This document shows, in pieces, positions 47,850-58,025 of a stretch of 64,000 bases of DNA (position 1 is the stretch's first letter; each line of letters opens with the position of its first letter). Source of the DNA: Polyangiaceae bacterium (lineage in GTDB: Bacteria; Myxococcota_A; Polyangia; Polyangiales; Polyangiaceae). Location of the stretch: assembly GCA_044224815.1 (NCBI GenBank), contig JBGAJR010000019.1, positions 1 through 64,000 of the forward strand. Direction: 5' to 3'. The position numbers and the translations under genes were made by a program. The notes beneath the pieces are model-generated. The model had not been told where the DNA came from. It saw only the letters and a program-made list of their open reading frames with translations, and did no database searches.

Positions 47850-48905
47850 TCACGGGGGGGCGAGCGGCTGGCCGTCCACGCCGAAGGCTCGGCGACGCTC
47901 TTCGCCTCGGTCGTTCACCCAGGTGATCAACCTCACGCGGCTGTTCGGGTGAAAGCCGATGCGGACTTTGGCCCCGACACGGAGCTCCGGTGAGGTGACA
48001 TGGACCATCACGTTGGTCCGGGCTCCCTTGGCGAATACGAGCGGCGCGAGCCCCGTTTGAAAGACGATGTCCTCGGACGGAACGAGCATCAGCCCCGTCG
48101 AAGACGCACCTGCGAAAAAGACCGTCGCCTCGTAGTCGGCCGCCCACTCGTCGGGCAGCGCGAACGCGTCGGCGGCCGGGTAGCGGGGAGCCCAGACCCA
48201 AAGCTCCTCGTCCGTCTCGATCGTGGTCTCCGTCGGCGCGGCGCTCAGCCCGGCGTGGATGGCGCGCGCGAGCGATCGCGAAGCTCGGGCGCGCGGGCTT
48301 CGCGCGGCGATGGCGGCGAGCTCGGCGCGTCGCGTCGCGTCGACCGGCCCACGTTCGAGGCGCTCCGCGACCCAATCGACGAGCGTTGCGGAGAGAATCT
48401 CGGCGTTCGCGAGGACTACCCACACCGCACGTGACACCGCTCGCTCGTCGCGCTCGACGATCGCTCGAATCAGCACCTCACGCGCGCGCGGCATCACGGC
48501 GCGCACGAGGTCGTAGAGCTCGCTCCCGTCAGTCGTCCACGCGTCAACGGGCCCGAGCACGCCTTCGGTCGCCGCGAAGACGGCCTCGCCGAGCGCGCCG
48601 GCCGCGGGCGCCGACTGGTGGATCATCCACAAGGACTGTCGCAAGTGGACGCTCAGCGCGCGATCATCGGTGTCGCGCTGCACGAGCTCCCACAAGAACG
48701 GGACGACGACGGGGGTCACCGGGTAAATCGTCCCTTGATGCCACACGTGGCCCGCGAGGACCTCGTCGTCGGCGTCGAGCTCTCCGCGCGAGAGCCCGAT
48801 CAAGGTCGCGCCCACGTCGTCCCCGCGCGTCGACTCGTCCGACGCGCCGTAGGCGCCTGCCAGACGGCTCCAATCGACGGCTCGCACGCGCGCTTCGAAC
48901 GACAT
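47850..48905 (-). CDS. Hypothetical protein (351 aa), co-operonic with the P450
   Basis: High GC3. There is a 21-nt gap to the upstream P450 gene. Confidence 0.55.
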   Translation of the reverse strand: MSFEARVRAVDWSRLAGAYGASDESTRGDDVGATLIGLSRGELDADDEVLAGHVWHQGTIYPVTPVVVPFLWELVQRDTDDRALSVHLRQSLWMIHQSAPAAGALGEAVFAATEGVLGPVDAWTTDGSELYDLVRAVMPRAREVLIRAIVERDERAVSRAVWVVLANAEILSATLVDWVAERLERGPVDATRRAELAAIAARSPRARASRSLARAIHAGLSAAPTETTIETDEELWVWAPRYPAADAFALPDEWAADYEATVFFAGASSTGLMLVPSEDIVFQTGLAPLVFAKGARTNVMVHVTSPELRVGAKVRIGFHPNSRVRLITWVNDRGEERRRAFGVDGQPLAPP

Positions 48906-48926
48906 CGGCTCCTCGTGTGACTCGCT

Positions 48927-50135
48927 TCAGCGGTCGGCGCGCGGTGAAAGTCGGACCGGGAAGGTCTTCAGGCCGCGCAGATTCACGAGGTCGCGCCATT
49001 CGATCCGCGCCTCGTCGGTCTCGATCTGGGGGAAGCGCGCGAGCAAGCGCTCGAACGCGACCTGAGCCTCCAAGCGAGCGAGAGGCGCGCCGAGGCAGAA
49101 GTGGACGCCGCCGCCGAAGCCGATGTGCGGGTTGGGTGAGCGACCGACGTCGAACCGATCCGGGCTCGCGAAGACGCTCGGATCGCGGTTGGCCGAGCCC
49201 AGCATGCACATGAGGAGCGATCCCTTGGGGATGACCTTGCCGGCGACTTCGACATCGACGTGCACGGCGCGTGCGTTGGTGTTGACCGGGCCGTCGAAGC
49301 GCAGCATCTCGTCGACGGCGGTGGGGACGAGCGACGCGTCGGCGCGAAGACGCGCGAGCTCGGCCGGGTGGCGGAGTAGCGCGAGCATGCCGTTGCCGAT
49401 CAAGTTGGCGGTGGTCTCGTGCCCGGCGATGAACAGGAGCACGAGCTGGGAGATCAGCTCGTCGGTGCTCAGCCGATCGCCGTCCTCCTCCGCGCGGATC
49501 AGGGTCGAGAGAACGTCGTCGCCGAGCGCGTCGCGTCGACGTGCGACCTGCGCCTTCAGATACGCCGTGAGCTCGACGAGCGCGTCGTTGGCCGCGAGCC
49601 GCTGCTTCTTTCGCGCCGTCGGCTCGACCACCACCGCGACCGCGTCGGACCAACGCCGGAGCTCGGCGTAGTCGTCGATCGACAGGCCCAGGATGCGCGC
49701 GATCACCCGCACGGGGAAGGGCTGCGCGAAGTCGCGCATGAGATCGATCTCGCGGGCGTCGCCCATCGCGTCGATGAGCTCGTCGGCCGTGCGCTCGATG
49801 AAGCCGCGCATCGCTTCGACGGCCTTGGGGGTGAATGCGCGCGCCACGAGTCGCCGCAGTCGGGTGTGCTCGGGCGGATCGAGGCTGAACATCCACGACT
49901 CGACGCAGCGCTCGAGCGGGCTCTCCGCGATGTACGGACGAACGAACCCGTACCCGGCCCATTTCCGAATGTCGCGGCCCAGCCTGGGATCTTTCATGAG
50001 CGAGACGCAGTCCGCGTGCCGCAGCACGTACCAGATGCCCAACGCGTCTTGGTGCACTGGCTCGGCCTCGCGCGCGCTCGCGAGCGCCGGGTACGGATCG
50101 CGTCGAAACTCGGGGCTCAAGAGGTCGAGCGGCAT
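48927..50135 (-). CDS. Cytochrome P450
   Basis: Haem-binding FGGGVHFCLGAPLA, EMLRF (ExxR) and the I-helix AGHETT. Confidence 0.85.
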   Translation of the reverse strand: MPLDLLSPEFRRDPYPALASAREAEPVHQDALGIWYVLRHADCVSLMKDPRLGRDIRKWAGYGFVRPYIAESPLERCVESWMFSLDPPEHTRLRRLVARAFTPKAVEAMRGFIERTADELIDAMGDAREIDLMRDFAQPFPVRVIARILGLSIDDYAELRRWSDAVAVVVEPTARKKQRLAANDALVELTAYLKAQVARRRDALGDDVLSTLIRAEEDGDRLSTDELISQLVLLFIAGHETTANLIGNGMLALLRHPAELARLRADASLVPTAVDEMLRFDGPVNTNARAVHVDVEVAGKVIPKGSLLMCMLGSANRDPSVFASPDRFDVGRSPNPHIGFGGGVHFCLGAPLARLEAQVAFERLLARFPQIETDEARIEWRDLVNLRGLKTFPVRLSPRADR

Positions 50136-50200
50136 CCGCCCAGCATACGGAACGCTCGCGCCACTCGGGGGCGCTCTCCGCTTCGCCGAGCCGTGGGGCC

Positions 50201-51118
50201 TCAGGCGCGGCGGCGGCGCGCGCGGGCCGCGAGGCCGGCGAGGACTGCTGCGCCGAGCGCGACGTCGGAGAGGCCGAGCCCGGCGCCCACGCCCGCCGCG
50301 CGGCAGGAGCAACCGCCGGGCGACGTCGCGGTCGCGGTCGTCGGCGTGGGCGGCGCCGTGCTGCACGCGAGCGCCTTGATGGTGATGGGCGACACGCCGC
50401 CGGTCTCGTCACTCGTTCTCTGATCGCTCGACGGATAAATGGCGCAGATGCCGCGCTGGTCGTCGTTCTCGAGGGTGCGAAGGCCCGTCTGTCCGCGGTC
50501 GTAGCGCGGCTCCATCGTCGAGCCGCCCACCTTGGAGTGCGCGAGCCCCAAGAAGTGGCCGGCCTCGTGGGTGATGATCGACTGGAGGTCGTAGCCCGTC
50601 GGCGGGAGCGGCTCCTGCGACGTCACGCCCTTGTCGGCGGTGTTCACCTCGATGTCGGCGTCGAGGATCTCGCCGTTTTCGGCGTTGAAGGTCACGGTCG
50701 TCAACGCGAGCGGGTTGCCCGCGTCGTTGTACGGCCACGTCTTGTCACGAAAGACGATGACGTTCTCGTTCGCGCCCGGGTTCGTCTTGTCGTAGCCCAC
50801 CGTCGAGGTGTCGGTCGGCGTGAGCTCGATCACCTTCACGCCGGGCGTGCACACGCCATTTTTGGCCGTCCACGGCGCGAACGCGGCTGCGATGATGGAT
50901 CGCGCCTTCGTGATCTCGGCCTTGGCGCTCCCCGCCTTGTTGACCGTGTACGTCACGCACTGGTTCTCCCAGTAGAGCGACGGGCCCTTGGCCGCGCAGT
51001 CGTCGCTGCCCACCGGATCGGTGCGCGTGCGGCAATACGCGTACGCCTCGTCCGCGGAGGCGAGCCAAGAAGCACACACGACCAAGAAAGCGACCGCGCG
51101 GGGCCGAAGCACGCTCAC
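50201..51118 (-). CDS. Secreted matrixin-like (M10) zinc metalloprotease with a MYXO-CTERM sorting domain
   Basis: HEAGHFLGLAHS and a Met-turn. The C-terminus GGCSCRAAGVGAGLGLSDVALGAAVLAGLAARARRRRA matches MYXO-CTERM. Confidence 0.8.
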   Translation of the reverse strand: MSVLRPRAVAFLVVCASWLASADEAYAYCRTRTDPVGSDDCAAKGPSLYWENQCVTYTVNKAGSAKAEITKARSIIAAAFAPWTAKNGVCTPGVKVIELTPTDTSTVGYDKTNPGANENVIVFRDKTWPYNDAGNPLALTTVTFNAENGEILDADIEVNTADKGVTSQEPLPPTGYDLQSIITHEAGHFLGLAHSKVGGSTMEPRYDRGQTGLRTLENDDQRGICAIYPSSDQRTSDETGGVSPITIKALACSTAPPTPTTATATSPGGCSCRAAGVGAGLGLSDVALGAAVLAGLAARARRRRA

Positions 51119-51188
51119 ATTATGCAGGTGTGCTCTCCGGCCTGCACCTGGTCATCGTGCGCGGTCGAATTTCGCGCCTGCTCACATG

Positions 51189-51905
51189 TCAGGTATCGGT
51201 CCGCACCTTGTCCCAAGACGCGTGGGTGGGCTTCGCGTCCGTGAGCCACTCGAGCGCGTACTGCCGCTCGCGTGCGATCGACGTCGCCGTGGCCAGCGCA
51301 TCGGGGCCGAGCTTCGCGTAGGCGCGTCCGCGGAAAGGGAAATCCTCGTCGATCACGCGGCGAAGGTCTCCGGCCGTGCGCGCGGCTTCGGCGGCGTCGG
51401 CCACGATGCGGCGGAGCGGTGCGGTCATCGGGCGGGCGGCCGTGTTCGCGCGCCAATGCCAAAGCTCCGCGAGGTCGCGGGCGTGTTCGAGGTCCGTGGC
51501 GCTCCGAAGCTTGGCGCGCGACGTCAGAAGGGGGAGGGGGAGCGCCGGCTCGAACCAGCTCGGCGCGTCGAAGGCGCCGTCGGGCGTGGCCGCGCGATCC
51601 CACGGGCCGAGCGTTCGCGTGAAGGAGAGCGCCCAGGCGAAGACCGAGAGCGCCTCGAGCCGCCACTCGGCGTCGATGCGCGCGCGCTCGGAGAAGCCAC
51701 CGAGCGCACCCGCAAGGAGCTTCTTCTCCTTGGGCGAGAAGATGGCGGGCTCGCTCGCCACGAAGCGACCGAGGCGAGCCCCGAGCGCCGCCCACTTCTT
51801 GCGTGAATCGCCGTGCGAGAAGGCGAGCCCACCCTCGACGCGCGAACGAATGTAGAGTGCAGCGATCGCACGCCCGCGATCGAGCGCGCGATCGGCGGTG
51901 ATCAC
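51189..51905 (-). CDS. Hypothetical protein (DUF4272-like), GTG start coupled to the upstream gene
   Basis: High GC3 over 238 codons. Its start overlaps the amidohydrolase stop (GTGA). Confidence 0.5.
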   Translation of the reverse strand: MITADRALDRGRAIAALYIRSRVEGGLAFSHGDSRKKWAALGARLGRFVASEPAIFSPKEKKLLAGALGGFSERARIDAEWRLEALSVFAWALSFTRTLGPWDRAATPDGAFDAPSWFEPALPLPLLTSRAKLRSATDLEHARDLAELWHWRANTAARPMTAPLRRIVADAAEAARTAGDLRRVIDEDFPFRGRAYAKLGPDALATATSIARERQYALEWLTDAKPTHASWDKVRTDT

Positions 51906-54514
51906 TGCAGATCGGCGGCGCTGCGCGGCCAGAGCTTGGCGTTGGCGAACGAGAAGCCTTCGATGCCGACGACCTTGGTGAAGGTCTTTCCGTTGACGTA
52001 GGGCGGCGGCGGGTAGGGCCCGTTCGTGGCCGTGCCGTAGCGCACGAAGATCGTGTCGTCGATGCGGAGACCGCCCGAGACCACGAACTCGTAGAACTTG
52101 TTCGTCGCGCCGTCGGGGATGGCGTCGGTGATGGCGAGCGAGCCTGCCGTGCCGCCGTCGTTGATCTCGACGAGCATGCACTTCAGCTCTTCGGCGCGCG
52201 CGCCGCCCGTGGCGATGTCGGCGGCGGGCACCACGATCGGCGCGAACGGAAGCGCGGTGCCCGCGTCGGTGATCGTGACCTTGGGGCTCGAAATCTGCGG
52301 GATGCCGAACTTCTCCTCGTAGAGGCCGCTGATGCTCACCTTGTTGCCGATGACGACCGTCGGCGACGTGGACGCCGTGAAGACGAAGAGCCCACTCAGG
52401 CCCTGCGTTCCGGTCTGCACGAAGAACCCGCGCGCCGAGCCCGAGAACGGCTGGGGCTTGAGCGCGGTGACGTAGGCGTCGCTGAACGACACGATCGCGC
52501 CCGGCTTGGGGTGATCGGGATCGTTCGGATCGCGGATCGCGTGGACCGTCGTGGGGCACGGATCGCTGCCGCGGTTGGGCGCCTTGCAGAGATCGCAAGC
52601 GTCGCCGATGCCGTCGCCGTCGTTGTCGGCTTGGCCAGCGTTGGCGGCGAGCGGACAGTTGTCCTCGCCGTTCATGATCCCGTCGCCGTCGACGTCGTCG
52701 GCGAGGACGTTGTCGCACGCGTTCTTGGGATCTGTGGGGCAGCGATCGCAGACGTCGCCGATACCGTCGCCGTCCGTGTCGGCCTGCTTGCCGTCGTCGA
52801 GCTTGCGGATGGCGTTGAAGACGTTGGGACAGTTGTCCTTGTCGTTGGCCACGCCGTCGCCGTCTTCGTCGTCCTTGGTGACGCCGCTCTTGTACTCGGC
52901 GCGCATCGGGACGCAGCTCGGCTCGTTGGTGGGCGTCTCGCCGCCGCAGAAATAGAGCGGGTAGATCGACTCGCCCGCGGCGCGGATGCCGGCGAGCGTG
53001 ACGCCCGAGATGTCCTTCGCCACGCACGCCTTCTTGGCCACGGAGCAGACGTCCTTGTCGAACGCCTCGCAATCGGACGCCCCGATGGCGGGCGAGTCCA
53101 TGAGCGCGGTGTCGCCGTAGAGCGGCACGCCGCCGCGCATCACGAGCACCACGTCCTCGACGCCGGCGTCGATGACCGCGCGGTGATCGGTGCGCTGCTT
53201 GCCGTTGAAGATGGCGATGTCGGCGACGTAGCCGGCCTTGAGCTGCCCGAGCAAGTGCTCGACGCCGAGGGCGTAGGAGCCGTTGATCGTGACCATGCGC
53301 CAGAGGTCGGTGTCGGAGAAGTGCTTGCCGTAATACGACTGGTTGAGCGAGTCGGCGCACTTGAGCTCGCGGAGGAGGTTCATCGAGCCCGAGGGCACCC
53401 AGTCGGTACCGAGCGCGATTTGAACGCCCATCGCGTCGTAGAGCGTGACCGGCGCGGTGTCGCCGTAGAGATCGACGTTGGAGCGCGGCGACCACACGAG
53501 GCGCGCCATGTCCGCGCGGTAGAGCGCGACGTCGTCGGCGCGCATCGCGATGCCGTGGATGACCGCGGTCTGCGGCTTGATGAGGTCTTGCTTGCCGCCC
53601 TGCGCGTCGTCGGCCGTTTGGCAGACGAACTCGTTGTGCGCTTCGGCGCCGACGCCCTCCGCGATGTGCGGGAGGTAGCCGTCGAGCGGATCGATGTCCG
53701 AAGACGTGGTGCGCGAGGTGCCGTAGTCGCAGCCCGACGCGAGCATCTTGCCGCTCGAATCACCGAGCGGGAACGTGTCGGAGTTGGCCGTCTTGACGGA
53801 GATGCCTTCGAACTGCGACGGGTCGTCGCTGTCGATGTTGCGGACGAGGCCCTTCTGGCCACCGGCCGCGGCGGCCGCCGTGACGCCGGCCATGATGTAG
53901 CGAAGCTCGGCGAAGCGAACGACGTTCGCGCTCGCTCCGCTCTTCACCTTGATCTCGGTGTGACCGTTGAGACCTTTGCGCCACTCGTGGCGGTGGTCGT
54001 AGCGCTCGTCGCCGTGCGTCGCCGGCGGGTTGTTGGCGTACGTGATGTGATCGTGGGCGTTGATGAGCCCCGGCGAGATGACGCCGTCGGCGCAGGTGAT
54101 CACCGAGGCCGTGTCGTATCCGGCGGTGCCGGCGCAGTCGCAAGCCGCGCACGCGATGAGCCCGCCATCGTCGACGAGGACCTCGCCACGGCGCAGCGTC
54201 TCGTCGGGCAAGAGCACGGTGCCGCGGAAGATGCGGCCCTTACCGGAGCCGGTCGACGTGACCTCGCAGGTGCCCGACGCGGCGGCCGGGAGCGGCGGCC
54301 GACTGCACTCGGTGACCTTGTTCTCCGGGTTCTGCGGGAGGTCGCCCTTGCCGGGCGCCTTGGCGTCCGTGCCGGCGTCTTCGCCGCCGCCGTCGTCCCG
54401 TGAGCCACTGTCCGGGGTGGGGGTCACGCTGTTGTTCGACCGATCGCCGGAGCTGCAGGCGCCGATGCTGATCGTCACTACGAAAGGAAGGACCGCGAGG
54501 GCTCGAAGGTGCAT
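51902..54514 (-). CDS. Lipoprotein amidohydrolase-family enzyme with C-terminal thrombospondin type-3 calcium-binding repeats
   Basis: Lipobox [17 protein letters not shown] is the HxH metal site. The [15 protein letters not shown] and [14 protein letters not shown] repeats are TSP3-like. Confidence 0.75.
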   Translation of the reverse strand: MHLRALAVLPFVVTISIGACSSGDRSNNSVTPTPDSGSRDDGGGEDAGTDAKAPGKGDLPQNPENKVTECSRPPLPAAASGTCEVTSTGSGKGRIFRGTVLLPDETLRRGEVLVDDGGLIACAACDCAGTAGYDTASVITCADGVISPGLINAHDHITYANNPPATHGDERYDHRHEWRKGLNGHTEIKVKSGASANVVRFAELRYIMAGVTAAAAAGGQKGLVRNIDSDDPSQFEGISVKTANSDTFPLGDSSGKMLASGCDYGTSRTTSSDIDPLDGYLPHIAEGVGAEAHNEFVCQTADDAQGGKQDLIKPQTAVIHGIAMRADDVALYRADMARLVWSPRSNVDLYGDTAPVTLYDAMGVQIALGTDWVPSGSMNLLRELKCADSLNQSYYGKHFSDTDLWRMVTINGSYALGVEHLLGQLKAGYVADIAIFNGKQRTDHRAVIDAGVEDVVLVMRGGVPLYGDTALMDSPAIGASDCEAFDKDVCSVAKKACVAKDISGVTLAGIRAAGESIYPLYFCGGETPTNEPSCVPMRAEYKSGVTKDDEDGDGVANDKDNCPNVFNAIRKLDDGKQADTDGDGIGDVCDRCPTDPKNACDNVLADDVDGDGIMNGEDNCPLAANAGQADNDGDGIGDACDLCKAPNRGSDPCPTTVHAIRDPNDPDHPKPGAIVSFSDAYVTALKPQPFSGSARGFFVQTGTQGLSGLFVFTASTSPTVVIGNKVSISGLYEEKFGIPQISSPKVTITDAGTALPFAPIVVPAADIATGGARAEELKCMLVEINDGGTAGSLAITDAIPDGATNKFYEFVVSGGLRIDDTIFVRYGTATNGPYPPPPYVNGKTFTKVVGIEGFSFANAKLWPRSAADLQ
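52530..52840. repeat. Coding TSP3-like (DxDxDGxxDxxD) repeats
   Basis: Recurring gacggcgacggcatcggcgacg-type units seen in the sequence. Confidence 0.6.
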
Positions 54515-54716
54515 CCAGTTCCTGCTGGCTGGGGCAGGGGAGGCGCCGCTCGCGAGGCCGAAGCTCGCGAGAAAACGGGCTTTCCCGGCCTATAGTGGCC
54601 ACACATTGACCGATGGTCGGCCCCGATGCCACTGAAAACGGGTACGGGCGTGACGTCCAGGTGACGCGCTAAAGGCAGCTTGCGCGGGCCGCGAAATCTC
54701 CTAAGAAAAGCGCCGC

Positions 54717-56240
54717 ATGGCCAAGCTCCAAGGTGAACGCGAAGGGCGCGCTGCGTGGCGCGCCCGCGTGCGCGAGCGCCTGGCAGCGGAGCGGGGACGT
54801 CTCGACAAAGAGGCTCCGTTCGCGGTCGCCCTGCTTTACCCGTCGCCGTACGCCGCGGGGATGAGCTCGCTCGGCTACCAGCGGATCTACCGCGCGGTGC
54901 AAGAAGCGCCCGGGCTCGCGGGTGAGCGCGTGTTCTTGGACGACGAGGCCGAGACCGATTTCTCGAAGCAGACGCGCCCGCTCACGTACGAGAAGGAGCG
55001 GCCGCTCGACGACTTCCCGGTCGTCGCGACCAGCGTGGCCTACGAGCTCGAGATCGCCGGCCTCGTGGCGATGCTCGATGCGGCAGGCATCCCCGTGCGG
55101 CGTGACGAGCGCGACGAGCGTCATCCGTTCATCCTCGCGGGTGGTCCGCTCACGTTCTCGAATCCGCTGCCGCTCGCGAGCTTGGTCGACGCCATCGTGA
55201 TCGGCGAAGCCGAGGAGATCGTCGTCCCGGTGCTCCGCGTGCTCGAGTCCATGCAGGGCTCGCCGCGGCACGCGGTGTTGGCCGAGCTCGCCAAGATCCC
55301 GCACGTCTTCGTCCCGGCGCTCCACGGCGAGGCGCTCCCGATCGTGGCCAAGGCCGACGCTTCGCTCCTCCCGGCGTGGGCGCCGATCATGACGCCGCAC
55401 GCCGCGCTCTCGGACATGTTCCTCATCGAGACCGAGCGCGGCTGCTCCCGCACGTGCACGTACTGCGTCATGCGACGCAGCACGAACGGCGGCATGCGGC
55501 TCGTCCCCATGGAGCGGATCCTGGAGATCATCCCGTCGGACGCGCGCCGCGTGGGGCTCGTCGGCGCGGCGGTGAGCGATCACCCGCGCATCGTGAACAT
55601 CGTGAGCACGCTCGCCGACCGCGGCGTCGAGGTCGGGCTCTCGTCGCTCCGCCCCGATCGGTTGACCGACGACTTCGTGGGTGCGTTGAAACGTGCAGGA
55701 TACAAGACGCTCACCACGGCCATGGATGGCCCGAGCGATCGCCTACGCGGCATGCTCGAGCGTCGCGCCAAGGAGAAGCACCTGCAGCGCGCGGCCGAGC
55801 TCGCGCGCCAGCATCGGATGGATCGGCTCAAGCTCTACCTGATGATCGGCCTTCCGTCGGAGACCGACGCCGACATCGACGAGTGCGTCGCGTTCGTGAC
55901 CGAGCTGTCCAAGGTCGCGCCCATCTCGCTCGGCATCGCTCCGTTTTGCGCCAAGCGAAACACGCCCCTCGACGGCCAGCCGTTCGCCGGCATCGACGTC
56001 GTGGGCGCGCGGCTCGAGCGCCTCAAGCGCGGCTTCAAAGGCCGCGTCGACGTCCGCTCCACGAGCGCGAAGTGGGCGTGGGTCGAGTACGTGCTCGCGC
56101 AAGGCGGCGCCGACGAGGGCCTGCTCGTCGTCGACGCCGTCCGAGCGGGCGGTCGCTTCGCCGACTTCCGTCGTGCGTTCGACTCACGCCCGGAGCCCAA
56201 GCGGCCGCTCCGCCGTTCGCTCGCGATCGCGCCTGTCTAG
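54717..56240 (+). CDS. B12-binding domain radical SAM protein (class B)
   Basis: CSRTCTYC (CxxxCxxC) and an N-terminal cobalamin-binding Rossmann-like domain. Confidence 0.8.
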   Translation: MAKLQGEREGRAAWRARVRERLAAERGRLDKEAPFAVALLYPSPYAAGMSSLGYQRIYRAVQEAPGLAGERVFLDDEAETDFSKQTRPLTYEKERPLDDFPVVATSVAYELEIAGLVAMLDAAGIPVRRDERDERHPFILAGGPLTFSNPLPLASLVDAIVIGEAEEIVVPVLRVLESMQGSPRHAVLAELAKIPHVFVPALHGEALPIVAKADASLLPAWAPIMTPHAALSDMFLIETERGCSRTCTYCVMRRSTNGGMRLVPMERILEIIPSDARRVGLVGAAVSDHPRIVNIVSTLADRGVEVGLSSLRPDRLTDDFVGALKRAGYKTLTTAMDGPSDRLRGMLERRAKEKHLQRAAELARQHRMDRLKLYLMIGLPSETDADIDECVAFVTELSKVAPISLGIAPFCAKRNTPLDGQPFAGIDVVGARLERLKRGFKGRVDVRSTSAKWAWVEYVLAQGGADEGLLVVDAVRAGGRFADFRRAFDSRPEPKRPLRRSLAIAPV

Positions 56241-56241
56241 A

Positions 56242-56262
56242 GCAGGAGGGTTCCCCTCCTGC
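56242..56262 (+). terminator. Perfect 9-bp hairpin gcaggaggg-ttc-ccctcctgc immediately after the radical SAM stop
   Basis: Seen in the sequence. It is the first of a cluster of hairpins. Confidence 0.4.
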
Positions 56263-56644
56263 ACCGGGTCTAGTGGGAGCTGCGCTCCCCTCGATTCGTT
56301 GACACGAATCGAGCCTCCCCTCCTCTCAGGTTCGGGGAACCTTCGCACGCACGCGCCGCGAGGGCGCGCGCGTGAGGCTTGCTTGGGGCGTGTCTCGACC
56401 TGGACGTCACGCGTGAGGTGCGAGGACCCACTCTTTTCCTTCTCTCCGCGGCGAGAGAAGCGGAGAGCGCGGGCGCAACGGTGCTTTGCGCGGCCGCAAG
56501 CTTGTCGCAACACAATCTCGTTTTGAGAGTCGCGCCTCTCGATTCGACGGAGCGCGCGTCCTACGTTCTTCGAAACGGCGAGAAATCGACGCCGCGAGCG
56601 CTGGCACGTGCGTTGCTGACTCCGAGCCTCGTCAGGAGGATCTC

Positions 56645-57265
56645 ATGCTCTCGTTTTCGCGTTTTGCCCGCACCTCGCTTCTCGGTCTCGCCATCGCCGC
56701 CTTCCCGGTGATCGCGCAGGCCGCGGACTTCGACATCGACACCGCGCACACCCGCGTCGGCTTCGGCGTGCGCCACCTGATGGTGTCGACCGTCCACGGC
56801 ACCTTCGGCAAGTTCACGGGTGCGGTCGTCCTCGACGACCAAGACGTCACCAAGTCCAAAGTGAACCTCGAGATCGACGTCGCCTCGATCGACACGCGCG
56901 AGCCCAAGCGCGACGATCACCTTCGCTCGCCTGACTTCTTCGACGCCGCGAAGTTTCCGAAGATGACCTTCAAGTCGACCAAGGTCGAGAAGGACGGCGA
57001 CGGCCTCAAGGTGACCGGTGACCTCACGATCAAGGCGATCACCAAGCCGGTGGTCCTCAAGGTCGGCGCCCTCTCGCAAGAGGTGAAGGATCCGTGGGGC
57101 GGCACGCGCCGCGGCACCACGGCCTCGGCCAAGATCAGCCGCAAGGACTTCGGCCTCACGTGGAACAAGGCGCTCGACGGCGGCGGTGTCGTCGTCGGCG
57201 ACGAGGTCGCGATCGAGCTCGAGGTCGAGCTCGTGAAGAAGGCGCCCGACGCGAAGAAGGGCTGA
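56645..57265 (+). CDS. YceI family periplasmic protein
   Basis: Signal peptide, then DFDIDTAHTRVGFGVRHLMVSTVHGTF, the YceI signature. Confidence 0.85.
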   Translation: MLSFSRFARTSLLGLAIAAFPVIAQAADFDIDTAHTRVGFGVRHLMVSTVHGTFGKFTGAVVLDDQDVTKSKVNLEIDVASIDTREPKRDDHLRSPDFFDAAKFPKMTFKSTKVEKDGDGLKVTGDLTIKAITKPVVLKVGALSQEVKDPWGGTRRGTTASAKISRKDFGLTWNKALDGGGVVVGDEVAIELEVELVKKAPDAKKG

Positions 57266-57328
57266 CCCCGGCGCCGGTGCGCTCAGTTTTACCGGGGTGA
57301 GGGAAGCGAGCTATAAGTTCGGGGCGTC

Positions 57329-58000
57329 ATGGCCACCTCGAAGAGCTCCCTCGCCCCGGTGATGTACGTGGGGTTCGTTCTCCTCGCAGGCATCCTCGTC
57401 TACAGCTTCGTGGCCTCGGCGCGCGAGGGTGAGCTCCGTCGACGCTGCTCACCGACGTGTTTGCTCCGCCCCGACTATGCGGGCGCGGACCGCACGGCGC
57501 CGATGTTCACGCTCCCGAACATGCAGGGGAAGCCGGTGTCGCTCGAGGCTTACAAGGGCAAGGTCGTGGTCCTGAACTTCTGGACCAAGACGTGCGGCCC
57601 GTGTCTCGAGGAGATGCCCGAGATCGTGGAGCTCACCAAGATCCTGAAGGACAGGAAGGACGTCGCGGTTCTCACGGTGTCGACCGACGACGGCCCCGAC
57701 GACGTGCGCGGCACGCTGAAGGGCGTCCTCCGCGAAGACCCGCCGTTCGAGGTTCTGTTCGATCCGGACTCTAAGATCGTGGCCGGAAAGTTCGGAACGA
57801 GGCTCTACCCCGAGACGTGGATCATCGATCAGCGCGGCGTCATCCGCGCGCGCTTCGACGGCGCGCGCATGTGGAGCAACCCGGCGGTCGTCGAGCTCGT
57901 CGATCAGGTGCGCGCCGGCGGCTACTGCCCGATGGAGGTCCGCGAGGGACGTCCGAGCGGTGAGGGCGCGCGCGTGTGCAACGACGTCAGCGGTAGCTGA
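57329..58000 (+). CDS. TlpA-like thiol-disulfide oxidoreductase (thioredoxin fold, membrane-anchored)
   Basis: WTKTCGPC CxxC motif and an N-terminal TM helix. Confidence 0.8.
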   Translation: MATSKSSLAPVMYVGFVLLAGILVYSFVASAREGELRRRCSPTCLLRPDYAGADRTAPMFTLPNMQGKPVSLEAYKGKVVVLNFWTKTCGPCLEEMPEIVELTKILKDRKDVAVLTVSTDDGPDDVRGTLKGVLREDPPFEVLFDPDSKIVAGKFGTRLYPETWIIDQRGVIRARFDGARMWSNPAVVELVDQVRAGGYCPMEVREGRPSGEGARVCNDVSGS

Positions 58001-58025
58001 TCGGCGGCGACTCCGCGCGTCGGCG

